Of a stretch of DNA of 64,000 nucleotides, positions 28,926-37,750 are shown in pieces. Source of the DNA: Verrucomicrobiota bacterium (GTDB taxonomy: Bacteria; Verrucomicrobiota; Verrucomicrobiia; Limisphaerales; SXQI01). The DNA is taken from assembly GCA_033762115.1 (NCBI GenBank), contig JANRLX010000134.1, forward strand, positions 1-64,000, in the 5' to 3' direction. A model generated the notes under the pieces. That model ran no database searches and was not told the origin of the DNA. It saw only the letters and a program-made list of their open reading frames with translations. Made by a program: the position numbers and the translations under genes. Position 1 is the stretch's first letter. Every line of letters begins with the position of its first letter.

Positions 28926-29462
28926 TCAGGAACCGAACTGCTCCTCTTTATTTTTGAACAAAACATTGAAGGTGGTCATCGAACCGTAGCACCGGGTGAT
29001 ATACTGTTGCATTTCCACTTTTTCCCCATCGTTAAGCTTTTCATGCGCGTTGATCTTCTGTTCCAAAGTCCGAAGATTATTCCGCATCATCACGATTTTG
29101 TGGAAAAAGGTTTCGGTGGGCACTTCCTTGGTTTGGAGCGTGGCATCAGCAGGGTGAATCACAATCTTTCCGCCCTGCCAGCGAGCACCGAGCTTGTGCA
29201 CCTGGCTGTCCGGCTTTTCCAATCCCACAGCGCTGATGGTTTTATCCACCACCTGGCTGATCAGGAGATGCAACGGAATTTCCAGGCCGGTGACAGAAGC
29301 CTGGGCATCCGCAGGTTCGAGCCCCGCTCCTTCAGGTTCCATGATTCGTTTTCCTTCATCAAACACCACATCAGCAGTGTGTTCAGCAATCCCTCTGACC
29401 ACCCCAATTCCATACTGAGGGTGCTTGACTTTCATTCCAATATGCAGCGCTTCAATCTTCAT
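28926..29462 (-). CDS. Conserved hypothetical protein with an N-terminal SH3/Tudor-like motif
   Basis: IGMKVKHPQYGIGVV N-terminus; C-terminal FFHKIVMMRNNLR...YITRCYGSMTTFN. Confidence 0.65.
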   Translation of the reverse strand: MKIEALHIGMKVKHPQYGIGVVRGIAEHTADVVFDEGKRIMEPEGAGLEPADAQASVTGLEIPLHLLISQVVDKTISAVGLEKPDSQVHKLGARWQGGKIVIHPADATLQTKEVPTETFFHKIVMMRNNLRTLEQKINAHEKLNDGEKVEMQQYITRCYGSMTTFNVLFKNKEEQFGS

Positions 29463-29606
29463 CAAACAACTTTCGGGCACGTTCTTTCGGGTGACAAGGA
29501 TCAATCATGGAATCCGGGAAAGTGCCGGGAATTTAGGTGCAATTAATTCAATGGAGTTCTCGTAACCGGCATGATAAGAGAGAGTAAGCAATAGCCAGCC
29601 AAAATT

Positions 29607-30140
29607 ATGAAAATCCTGCTGATCGCTCTACCTGTCGTCATTTTGCTCCTGTTTGTTGTGATCAATGCTCAATCGGACGAGTTTCGAATTACTCGTTCGA
29701 CAACAATCTCAGCTCCGCCATCAGGAATTTTTGCGCGCATTAATGATCTGCACCGTTTTCAGGAATGGTCACCCTGGGCAAAGCTTGATCCCACCGCGAA
29801 GAACACTTTTTCAGGTCCGCCTCAAGGAGTAGGCGCGGCGATGCAGTGGGAAGGCAACAGCAAGATTGGCCAGGGGACAATGACAATTACGGAAAGTCGC
29901 CCCAACGAACTGGTGCGGATGCAGCTTGATTTCAAGAAGCCGGTTGCCTCGACCGCAAACGTCGATTTTATTCTCCAACCTCAAGGTCAGCAAACCCAGG
30001 TCACCTGGGACATGAGTGGCAAAAAGGTTTTCGCCAGCAAAGCAATGGGCTTGGTAATGAACATGGATAAAATGGTGGGAGGTGAATTTGAGAAAGGTCT
30101 TGCGACACTAAAAGCCCAGGCGGAGGCAGCAACTGCCTGA
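29607..30140 (+). CDS. SRPBCC / polyketide cyclase family protein
   Basis: RSTTISAPP, WSPWAKLDP, GVGAAMQWEGN, FEKGLATLK. Confidence 0.88.
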   Translation: MKILLIALPVVILLLFVVINAQSDEFRITRSTTISAPPSGIFARINDLHRFQEWSPWAKLDPTAKNTFSGPPQGVGAAMQWEGNSKIGQGTMTITESRPNELVRMQLDFKKPVASTANVDFILQPQGQQTQVTWDMSGKKVFASKAMGLVMNMDKMVGGEFEKGLATLKAQAEAATA

Positions 30141-30168
30141 TACGGTTATTTTAAATGTCCAGGCTTCC

Positions 30169-30609
30169 GTGATTTCCGTTTTCACGATTGGATTTACACA
30201 AACCAGCGCGGAGGAATTTTTTGAAAAACTCCGAACTGCCGGGATTCAAAAGGTCGTAGATGTCCGTTTAAACAATAGCTCGCAACTCGCCGGGTTTAGC
30301 AAACGGGATGACCTCCGCTATTTTCTCAAAACGATTGCAAAAATCGATTATTCGGAAGAACCACTTTTTGCTCCCACGCAATCAATGCTCGAATCGTACA
30401 GGAAGCAAAAAGGATCATGGCCTGACTATGAGCGTGCGTTTCGCCAATTGCTCAGGCAACGAAAAGTCGAAGAGAAAACGACGCCTTCTTCTTTGCAAAT
30501 GAGTTGCCTTTTATGCAGTGAGAAAAACCCGCATTACTGTCACAGAAGAGTTGTCCTCGAGTATTTAAATGAATGCTGGGGCACATTGAAAACAATCCAT
30601 CTGGTGTAA
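30169..30609 (+). CDS. DUF488 family protein
   Basis: FTIGF, VDVRL, SQLAGF, CLLCSEK..HYCHRR. Confidence 0.88.
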   Translation: MISVFTIGFTQTSAEEFFEKLRTAGIQKVVDVRLNNSSQLAGFSKRDDLRYFLKTIAKIDYSEEPLFAPTQSMLESYRKQKGSWPDYERAFRQLLRQRKVEEKTTPSSLQMSCLLCSEKNPHYCHRRVVLEYLNECWGTLKTIHLV

Positions 30610-30658
30610 GGCGAAAGTTTGTATTGAAAGAGAGGGGCTTTGGGGAAATAAATGTGGA

Positions 30659-31663
30659 ATGAAACGCTTTTGGATGCGCTCATTTTTGACGGCACTCTGC
30701 CTTGCTTCTGTTGTTCTCCATCTTGCCGCAGCGGATAATTCACAATCTGTCACTGGCATTTATGAAGGGTTCTGGAGCGGTGCAAATGGGGCCAGGGGCA
30801 GGATTACTTCACAGGTGCGTATCGTGGGCCAGGACAAATATGACGGCTTCATCACTTTTGACCGCTCCCGTCAATTGGTTGCCGCAGTGAAGATGGCGTC
30901 CCGGGATAAAAGTGAATCCGGGGCGATTCCCTTTCTCGGTGGTGGAATCAAAAGCACGTTCAACGGGGATTTGCTTCCGGAAATGGTTGCCCACATTGAA
31001 ATCAAAAATGGGAAATTAACCGGCACTTTCAAGGGGGAATTGGGAGAGGGAACCTTTGAAGCTGAAAAAATTAAAAAGCAAAGTCCCACACTCGGCGCCA
31101 AACCGCCGCAAAAAGGAAAAATGATTTTCGATGGAAAAGACACAAGCCAATTTGAATCTTTTCCCTGGAAATTGACAGAAGAGGGAGCCATGCGAGTGCA
31201 GGGGGGGGACATCCATGCCAAAGACATCCTGGACAGTTTCAGGCTTCACCTCGAGTTCCGCACCCCTTTGATGTCGGAGGCGCAAGGTCAGGCACGCGGA
31301 AACAGCGGGGTTTATCTCCAGAGCAAATATGAAGTGCAGGTGCTGGACTCATTCGGCTTGTTTCCCCTTCAGAATAACGATTGCGGCGGGATTTATCAGA
31401 TTGCCGCACCCCCTGTAAACGCCTGCCTTCCGCCCGGTGAATGGCAAACTTATGACATCACCTATCTCCAGGGCAATCCGCCCATGATTTCAGTTGTCCA
31501 GAACGGGATCCAAATCATCGATAAAGTCAAAATTCCGGAAAAATTTCTCAAGGACGGGACAACTGCTGCGAGTCGTGATCGAAAAAACTTTTTGAAATTG
31601 CAGGATCATGGGAACCCTGTGGAGTACCGAAATATCTGGGTTGAACCAATCACCGCAGAATAG
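30659..31663 (+). CDS. Secreted DUF1080 (3-keto-disaccharide hydrolase-like) protein
   Basis: Signal peptide; LHLEF, GNSGVY, YEVQVLDS, GEWQTYDI, LQDHGNPVEYRNIW. Confidence 0.9.
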   Translation: MKRFWMRSFLTALCLASVVLHLAAADNSQSVTGIYEGFWSGANGARGRITSQVRIVGQDKYDGFITFDRSRQLVAAVKMASRDKSESGAIPFLGGGIKSTFNGDLLPEMVAHIEIKNGKLTGTFKGELGEGTFEAEKIKKQSPTLGAKPPQKGKMIFDGKDTSQFESFPWKLTEEGAMRVQGGDIHAKDILDSFRLHLEFRTPLMSEAQGQARGNSGVYLQSKYEVQVLDSFGLFPLQNNDCGGIYQIAAPPVNACLPPGEWQTYDITYLQGNPPMISVVQNGIQIIDKVKIPEKFLKDGTTAASRDRKNFLKLQDHGNPVEYRNIWVEPITAE

Positions 31664-32594
31664 TTCGAGATTGATTTCCCTTTTGGGAAAAATGGTGAAC
31701 CCCCTCCTGGTCGAGAACCAGCCCATTTGAAAACGGCCGAACCTTCCGGATCCGTTCGATACCATCCTTTCCCAGGACCAATAGGGCGGTGGAGAGTGCA
31801 TCTGATTCGGCTGCTGACTCCAGCTGCAAGGCAGTCATGAAGGCGCGATCACCCGGCCAGCCGTTGCGTGGGTCGATCACATGCCCGAAGCTGCGAGTTT
31901 CAGTCTGAAAAGCTTTTCCCCAGACTGCTGAAACTGAAAGGGCGCTATCTCGCAACGAGATCACGCCAAGTTGTTCCGGCGTTTTATCTGTTAAAGGCGC
32001 TTCCAAAAGAATGTTCCAGGGATTGCCATCCATTTGATTGCCTATTCCATAAACTGTGCTCGTGCCACCATGAATCAGCGCGGAATCAATCCCCGCATCG
32101 CGCAGCAACTGCACAGCGCGGTCCACGGCATATCCTTTTCCAATAGCGCCCGGGTCCAGTTGAATGCCTGGCCGGTCAAACCAAACGGTAATTTGCTCCC
32201 CGTCCAGATGAACATGCTGATGACCGATTATTTCGAGCGCCTGTTCGATTGCATCGGGGGAGGGCATTGCGCCAGTTCCCCGGACGAAACCCCAGCAGCG
32301 CATCAGCGGAGCGATGGTCAGGTCAAATGCTCCTCCTGTTTCCCGCGAGAGCGTCAGCGCATGCTCCAGAAAGGCAAACAATTCTCTTGAAACCCGAACT
32401 GGACGGCTGCCAGCTTCGCAGTTTAGCCGATGAATTTCGCTTTGCTCCTTGTAAAAACTGAGGAGCGCCTCGATCCGCTCGATTTCATCGAGTGCCTCTT
32501 CACCAGCAGCCTGGAGATGCTTCGGGTCGCTGCCATGCAGGACAATTTCAAAGCGCGTTGCCATGGCATGCCGCGCCAGGATGACCTGCTGCAT
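31650..32594 (-). CDS. apbE: FAD:protein FMN transferase (ApbE family)
   Basis: AMAT, GAFDLT, DPGAIGKGYAVD, HVIDPRNG, SDALSTA. Confidence 0.9.
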   Translation of the reverse strand: MQQVILARHAMATRFEIVLHGSDPKHLQAAGEEALDEIERIEALLSFYKEQSEIHRLNCEAGSRPVRVSRELFAFLEHALTLSRETGGAFDLTIAPLMRCWGFVRGTGAMPSPDAIEQALEIIGHQHVHLDGEQITVWFDRPGIQLDPGAIGKGYAVDRAVQLLRDAGIDSALIHGGTSTVYGIGNQMDGNPWNILLEAPLTDKTPEQLGVISLRDSALSVSAVWGKAFQTETRSFGHVIDPRNGWPGDRAFMTALQLESAAESDALSTALLVLGKDGIERIRKVRPFSNGLVLDQEGVHHFSQKGNQSRTILR

Positions 32595-32600
32595 GGAAAA

Positions 32601-33383
32601 TTAATTTTTAGCGAACAATTCCTCGAAGAAAACTTTCATCGCTTCCCATGAACGCTTGTCCGCTTTTTCATTGTAGGCAGAACCTTTGGAATTATCGCTT
32701 CCTGCGTTCCAGTCGGTGAAACTGTGAACAGCCCCGCCATAGCTGACGAGTTGCCAATCCACTTTTCCCTTTCGCATTTCCTCCTCGAACGCGGCGACTT
32801 CTGCTGGTGGCACAAACGGATCATCCGCTCCATGAAGCGCAAGTACCCGGCACTTGATCTGTTTCGCATCCTCAGGTGTGGGAGTGCCCAGTCCGCCGTG
32901 GAAACTAACCACGCCCTCCACATCCGCGCCCGCGCGGGCCAGTTCCAGGGCAGTGGTGCCGCCGAAACAGTAACCGATTGCGGCAATTCGATCTCCATCG
33001 ACCATCGCTTGCTTTTTGAAGGTGGCGAGTCCGGCGAGCACCCGTTCTCGAAGCAGTTTCCGGTCTGACTTGTACTTGCCAGCTTCAGCCCCTGCCAGTT
33101 TCGGATCAGATGGGCGGATTCCCTTCCCATAAATATCCACTGCAAAAACAGCGTAGCCCATTTTTGCGAGCATCTCGGCGCGCTTCTTTTCATAAGCGCT
33201 CAACCCCTTCCATTGATGCACAATCAACACTCCCGGGCGTTTGCCGGAAACGGATTTGTCATAGGCAAGATATCCTTCAAGCGTAGTATCTCCCTGTTTG
33301 TAATCGACCGATTCAGTATGAATTTCAGCGCGGGCGATGGCCAGTGAAGCGAAAAGCAAACCCAACAAAATGATTCGTTTCAT
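32601..33383 (-). CDS. Dienelactone hydrolase family protein (exported)
   Basis: GYCFGG nucleophile, HGADD, YGGAVHSF; signal peptide. Confidence 0.92.
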   Translation of the reverse strand: MKRIILLGLLFASLAIARAEIHTESVDYKQGDTTLEGYLAYDKSVSGKRPGVLIVHQWKGLSAYEKKRAEMLAKMGYAVFAVDIYGKGIRPSDPKLAGAEAGKYKSDRKLLRERVLAGLATFKKQAMVDGDRIAAIGYCFGGTTALELARAGADVEGVVSFHGGLGTPTPEDAKQIKCRVLALHGADDPFVPPAEVAAFEEEMRKGKVDWQLVSYGGAVHSFTDWNAGSDNSKGSAYNEKADKRSWEAMKVFFEELFAKN

Positions 33384-33493
33384 AGTTCCTCCAAATTTTC
33401 ATCCAGATTGCAATCTATCCAGCGATTGGAAAGCAATTTTTGCAGCTATTTGGGAGTCTTGCAATTCACCCAGCTCACTCAACATAGTTGCAA

Positions 33494-34384
33494 ATGGACG
33501 CTGCCCGTTCCTTTCCGTTCCTTGCGCTGCTGCTTGGCGCAACCAGCATCGGGATTGCACCGATTCTCGTACGCCTCAGCGAAGTGGGGCCGATCGCCAC
33601 CGCGGCGTTCCGTATGCTTTTGGCTTTGCCTTTCCTTTTTATCTGGCTTGCGGCGAGTCCCAGGGATTCCAGAAAACGGAGCCTCAGCAAACGGGAACTT
33701 TACCTCATTCTAATTGCCGGGGCCTGCTTTGCCGGTGATCTCGCGTTCTGGCATGTCTCACTGCATTACACCACCGTCGCCAATTCCACTCTGTTCACGA
33801 ATTTTGCCCCTTTCTTTGTCGCACTTGGCGGCTGGCTGCTTTTTGCGGAAACCGTCACCAAACCGGTTATTTTTGGAATGGTCACCGCCTTTTTGGGTGG
33901 AGTTTGTCTTGTAGCGGAGAGTTACCAATTGAATCCCAGGCACCTGCTTGGTGATCTCCTCGCGCTTGTCACCGCCCTGTTTTACGCCGGATACCTCCTT
34001 GCGTTAAAGCGGTTACGGGAAACCGTTGGAACCGCTGCCGCCATGCTTGGCTCAAGCCTGGTTAGTTGCCCCCTTTTATTTGGGATTGCCCTGGCTGCCA
34101 ATGAACCGCTCCTGCCGTTGACAGGTCGCGCCTGGCTGGTCCTGCTGGCGCTCGGGTTGGTCAGCCATATTGCAGGGCAGGGGTTGATCGCCTATTCATT
34201 GCCGCACCTCACAGCAGCCCTGTCCGGAATTGGCTTGATGTGGCAACCGGTCGTGGCCGCTGTGCTGGCTGCCTTCATTTTGCAGGAACCTCTCACCACA
34301 TTAAAAATCCTGGGCGGCATTATTATTTTGGGAGGAATTCTTCATGCGCGGTTCGCCGCCACCCAGCCCGCAAAAACTGAGTAG
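33494..34384 (+). CDS. DMT/EamA family transporter
   Basis: ~10 TM helices in two EamA repeats. Confidence 0.9.
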   Translation: MDAARSFPFLALLLGATSIGIAPILVRLSEVGPIATAAFRMLLALPFLFIWLAASPRDSRKRSLSKRELYLILIAGACFAGDLAFWHVSLHYTTVANSTLFTNFAPFFVALGGWLLFAETVTKPVIFGMVTAFLGGVCLVAESYQLNPRHLLGDLLALVTALFYAGYLLALKRLRETVGTAAAMLGSSLVSCPLLFGIALAANEPLLPLTGRAWLVLLALGLVSHIAGQGLIAYSLPHLTAALSGIGLMWQPVVAAVLAAFILQEPLTTLKILGGIIILGGILHARFAATQPAKTE

Positions 34385-34452
34385 AATAACCAGGGGGAAA
34401 TTCTGTTTGCGAAGCTGGATTGGCTGTCCTACTGTGAAATTCCTCAGTCGAT

Positions 34453-34529
34453 GCGCGTGTAGCTCAATTGGATAGAGTGACGGCCTCCGAAGCCGCAGGT
34501 TGTGGGTTCAACTCCCGCCACGCGCACCA
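34453..34529 (+). tRNA. tRNA-Arg (anticodon CCG)
   Basis: GCGCGTG/CACGCGC acceptor stem, loop CTCCGAA, GGTTCAACTCC T arm, CCA end; upstream TTGCGA-N17-TACTGT. Confidence 0.96.
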
Positions 34530-34553
34530 TAAAAGCCCTCTCAAATAGTAAAC

Positions 34554-34585
34554 AAAAAAGGCTGTGCCTTGCGACACAGCCCCTT
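34554..34585 (-). terminator. Terminator between the convergent tRNA-Arg and rne/rng
   Basis: GGCTGTG...CACAGCC stem with an A6 tract on the left. Confidence 0.7.
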
Positions 34586-34597
34586 GAGTGAAACGTT

Positions 34598-36562
34598 TTA
34601 AATGCCGAAACTGGCGAGTTCCTCGTTATTCGCGCCATTGACGATTCGGAACTGTTCAGTATGCAATTCCTCGTCCCCGCGGAAGGAAAGTTTCCCGTAA
34701 TAACGCTTTTCCATTTCGATGATGAGTTGCTCATCTTCGCTGCGGAGGCGTTGCAACACCGAGGGATTCACGAAAATGCGCAGTTCGAAATCTGATTCAT
34801 CCCGTTGCCGTTTGCGCAGGATCTCACCAAGCTTGCGCTGGATTTCCACACTCATGGTCAAGGCGCTTTTCACTTTCCCCCGCCCTTTGCAATATGGGCA
34901 ATCATCGTAAACCGCCGCTCGAACGCTCTCCGAATGGCGTTGACGGGTCATTTCCATCAACCCGAGCTGTGAAATTGGCAGCACGTGGGTCTTGGCCTTG
35001 TCACGCCGCAGCGCCTCCTTCAATTTTTGGTAAACGGCCTGTTGGTCTCGGCGCGACTTCATATCAATGAAATCGAGCACGATCAGGCCGCCCATGTTGC
35101 GAAGCCGAAGTTGACGCGCAATTTCCTCGGTCGCTTCCAAATTCACCTTGGTAATTGTCGAGTCCTGGTCCTTGCCTCCCTTGTGCCGGCCGGTATTGAC
35201 GTCAATCGCCACCAGCGCCTCTGTTTCATCGATGACGATGTAGCCGCCGCTTTTCAAATGAACCTGCCGTGAAAAGGCGTTCTCCAGCTGGCGGCTGATA
35301 TTAAACCGGTCAAAAATCGACTGGGTTTCAGCGTATAGTTTTACTTTATCAGTCGAGCGTTTGGAAATCCGTCCGATCATCTCTCGGATGCGATCATACT
35401 GCCGTTGGTTATCGACCACGATTCGTTCCACATCTTCGGTAAGAAAATCGCGGACGGTTCGTTCGATCAAATCAGGCTCCTGGAAAACACAAGTGGCGGA
35501 TGGCTGCTTGTTGATCCGGTCCTGAATTCCTTTCCACTCTTCCAGCAGCAATGCCAGGTCACGGATGAAATAGCGCGCCTGCTGCCCTTCGCCGACTGTG
35601 CGAATGATCACTCCCATCCCGTCTGGAATGCTCAGGCTGCGGAGGATTTTCTTCAGGCGGTGCCGCTCTTCCTGGTTTTCAATTTTACGCGAAATACCGG
35701 ATTGGTCAGAATTTGGAAGCAATACCAGGTATCGTCCCGGAAGCGCCAGGTTGGTCGTGACGCGAGGGCCTTTCGTGCCAATCGGGCCTTTGGTCACCTG
35801 CACGATGATTTCAGAGCCGGGCGGGTAAAGCCGTGGGATGTCCCGTTGTGTAATGCGCGGTTTGTCCTTCTTTTTCCCACCTTCGCGTTCAACGATCTCA
35901 ACTCCGCTGTCGAAGGATGCCGGAACAATATCCCAGTAATGCAGAAAGGCATTTTTCTCGAACCCAATATCCACAAATGCCGCTTTCAACCCATCTTCAA
36001 GATTACGGACTTTACCTTTGAAAATGCTTCCCACGAGACGTTCATCACTTGTGCGCTCAATCGTGAACTCCTCGAGCCGTCCTTCTTCAAGGACGCCTAC
36101 CCGGACCTCCAGGGACTCAGCGTTAATGACGACTTCCTTGTGCTTCGTTTTAATGGGGCGGATTAGCCGCTGCACCTTTTTGATAACCTTGTTCGCAGCG
36201 GCTCGAATGGTTTCAACAAGCCCTTGCGGTGCCTGATTGACCACTTCAACCGGCTTGAACTCCTCTTCCTGGACTTCCTCGGGGGTTTCTAAATTTGGCT
36301 GGCGAAAGTTCTGGCTGCGTTCTTCCTCAGCCGTCTGGGTCTCCTGATCATCTTCAGGAGGCAGTCCGGCGGCGATGTTTTCCGCGCGATTGATTTCATT
36401 CTGATGGCGAGCGTCAAAGACCTGGCTATCATCTGTTTCTTTTCCACCAACGGCCTCTGCCCTGGCTTCGGTAGCAGCGCGGTCCTGCCGTTGTCCCATT
36501 CCGCCGGAAGGGCGGAACCGCATTCCACCCCGTCTCCGGCGTGAAAAATTCCTGTCACTCAT
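34598..36562 (-). CDS. Ribonuclease E/G family endoribonuclease with N-terminal extension
   Basis: S1 domain AAFVDIG, VQVTKGPIGTKG, IDVNTG, DFIDM, EMTRQR, CPYCKG. Confidence 0.95.
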   Translation of the reverse strand: MSDRNFSRRRRGGMRFRPSGGMGQRQDRAATEARAEAVGGKETDDSQVFDARHQNEINRAENIAAGLPPEDDQETQTAEEERSQNFRQPNLETPEEVQEEEFKPVEVVNQAPQGLVETIRAAANKVIKKVQRLIRPIKTKHKEVVINAESLEVRVGVLEEGRLEEFTIERTSDERLVGSIFKGKVRNLEDGLKAAFVDIGFEKNAFLHYWDIVPASFDSGVEIVEREGGKKKDKPRITQRDIPRLYPPGSEIIVQVTKGPIGTKGPRVTTNLALPGRYLVLLPNSDQSGISRKIENQEERHRLKKILRSLSIPDGMGVIIRTVGEGQQARYFIRDLALLLEEWKGIQDRINKQPSATCVFQEPDLIERTVRDFLTEDVERIVVDNQRQYDRIREMIGRISKRSTDKVKLYAETQSIFDRFNISRQLENAFSRQVHLKSGGYIVIDETEALVAIDVNTGRHKGGKDQDSTITKVNLEATEEIARQLRLRNMGGLIVLDFIDMKSRRDQQAVYQKLKEALRRDKAKTHVLPISQLGLMEMTRQRHSESVRAAVYDDCPYCKGRGKVKSALTMSVEIQRKLGEILRKRQRDESDFELRIFVNPSVLQRLRSEDEQLIIEMEKRYYGKLSFRGDEELHTEQFRIVNGANNEELASFGI

Positions 36563-36565
36563 AGT

Positions 36566-37750
36566 TTAATACGATCTTCTATAAATATAGACGTTCTGCA
36601 AAATACCGATGGCGATCAAGGAGCATAACACTGAAGACCCGCCGTAACTTAGCAGCGGCAATGGAATACCCGTCACCGGCATCAAGCGTATGTTCATGCC
36701 GATATTGATAAAAACATGACTGAAGAGCAGTGCGACTACACCTACAGCGAGCAAACGGCCAAGACGATCGCGGGCATGGCCTGCTATTTTGATCCCGGTA
36801 AAAAGGACCACTGTGTAGAGAATCACTACGATGACACTGCCCATGAAACCTTTCTCCTCGGCAATTACAGAGAAGATAAAGTCGTTATGCGCAACGGCCC
36901 TTGGCAGGTACCCCAGTGAATTCTGGGTCCCCTGCCTCCAGCCTTTTCCGGTCAGCCCACCTGAGCCCACCGAAATGAGCGCCTGTTGCACGTTGTAAGA
37001 CTTGTCCCGTTGCAACTTGCGCGCTCTTTCCCGCGCCTCAGGAGTCCCATCCTTTGGCGCAAAATCCTTCCCGAAATAGACCAACAACCTGTAGCGCTGG
37101 TATTCCTCAAGCTTGATCTGCCACTTCGGTGGAGCAAAAAGGATGTCCACCAGCAGCAAAACAACAAGGATGCCCACCCCTCCAACGAACTTCCAGAGGT
37201 AACGCAGCGGAACACCAGCAACAAACATAATCACCAATCCAACCGGAAATAAAACCAGGGCCGACCCAAGGTCCGGCTCCTTCAAAATCAAAACAAAAGG
37301 CAGCGCAATCAATGCCAGGCTTTTCATGAAAATGGCCGGGTTGCGCAACTCATCCACCGGGCGGCTTAGATAATTTGCCAGCATGCACAGCACCCCAAGC
37401 TTTGCGAACTCAGAAGGTTGAAATTGAAAAAAACCAAGCTTGATCCAACGTTTGGCTCCAAGCCGTTCCACCCCAAAGAGAAAGACCATTATCAACGCCA
37501 CAATGCACAGCCAGTAAATCACTGTGGCAAACCGGCTCCAGCTATGATAAGGAACGAGGCATACACCAACTGCCGCTCCGATTCCCACAATGTAAAAGAT
37601 TAGCTGCCGGATGTGAAGATGGCTTTTCGCATCATTTGCAGAGGAGGCGCTGTAAATGAACGCCACCCCTATCAACATCAGTAACAGCAGGGCGGCAATC
37701 ATTTGCCATTCCACCCGCGAATGATGCTCTTTTATTGAGGTGTTGAACAT
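36566..37750 (-). CDS. rodA: Rod shape-determining SEDS protein
   Basis: GAKRWI, FQPSEFAK, EPDLGS, HNDFIFS, TGIPLPLLSYGGSS. Confidence 0.95.
   Translation of the reverse strand: MFNTSIKEHHSRVEWQMIAALLLLMLIGVAFIYSASSANDAKSHLHIRQLIFYIVGIGAAVGVCLVPYHSWSRFATVIYWLCIVALIMVFLFGVERLGAKRWIKLGFFQFQPSEFAKLGVLCMLANYLSRPVDELRNPAIFMKSLALIALPFVLILKEPDLGSALVLFPVGLVIMFVAGVPLRYLWKFVGGVGILVVLLLVDILFAPPKWQIKLEEYQRYRLLVYFGKDFAPKDGTPEARERARKLQRDKSYNVQQALISVGSGGLTGKGWRQGTQNSLGYLPRAVAHNDFIFSVIAEEKGFMGSVIVVILYTVVLFTGIKIAGHARDRLGRLLAVGVVALLFSHVFINIGMNIRLMPVTGIPLPLLSYGGSSVLCSLIAIGILQNVYIYRRSY

Noticed and set aside
2284..34529. tRNA genes as integration sites of a genomic island
   Set aside because: No integrase, no duplicated tRNA 3' end seen, and flanking genes are ordinary chromosomal genes
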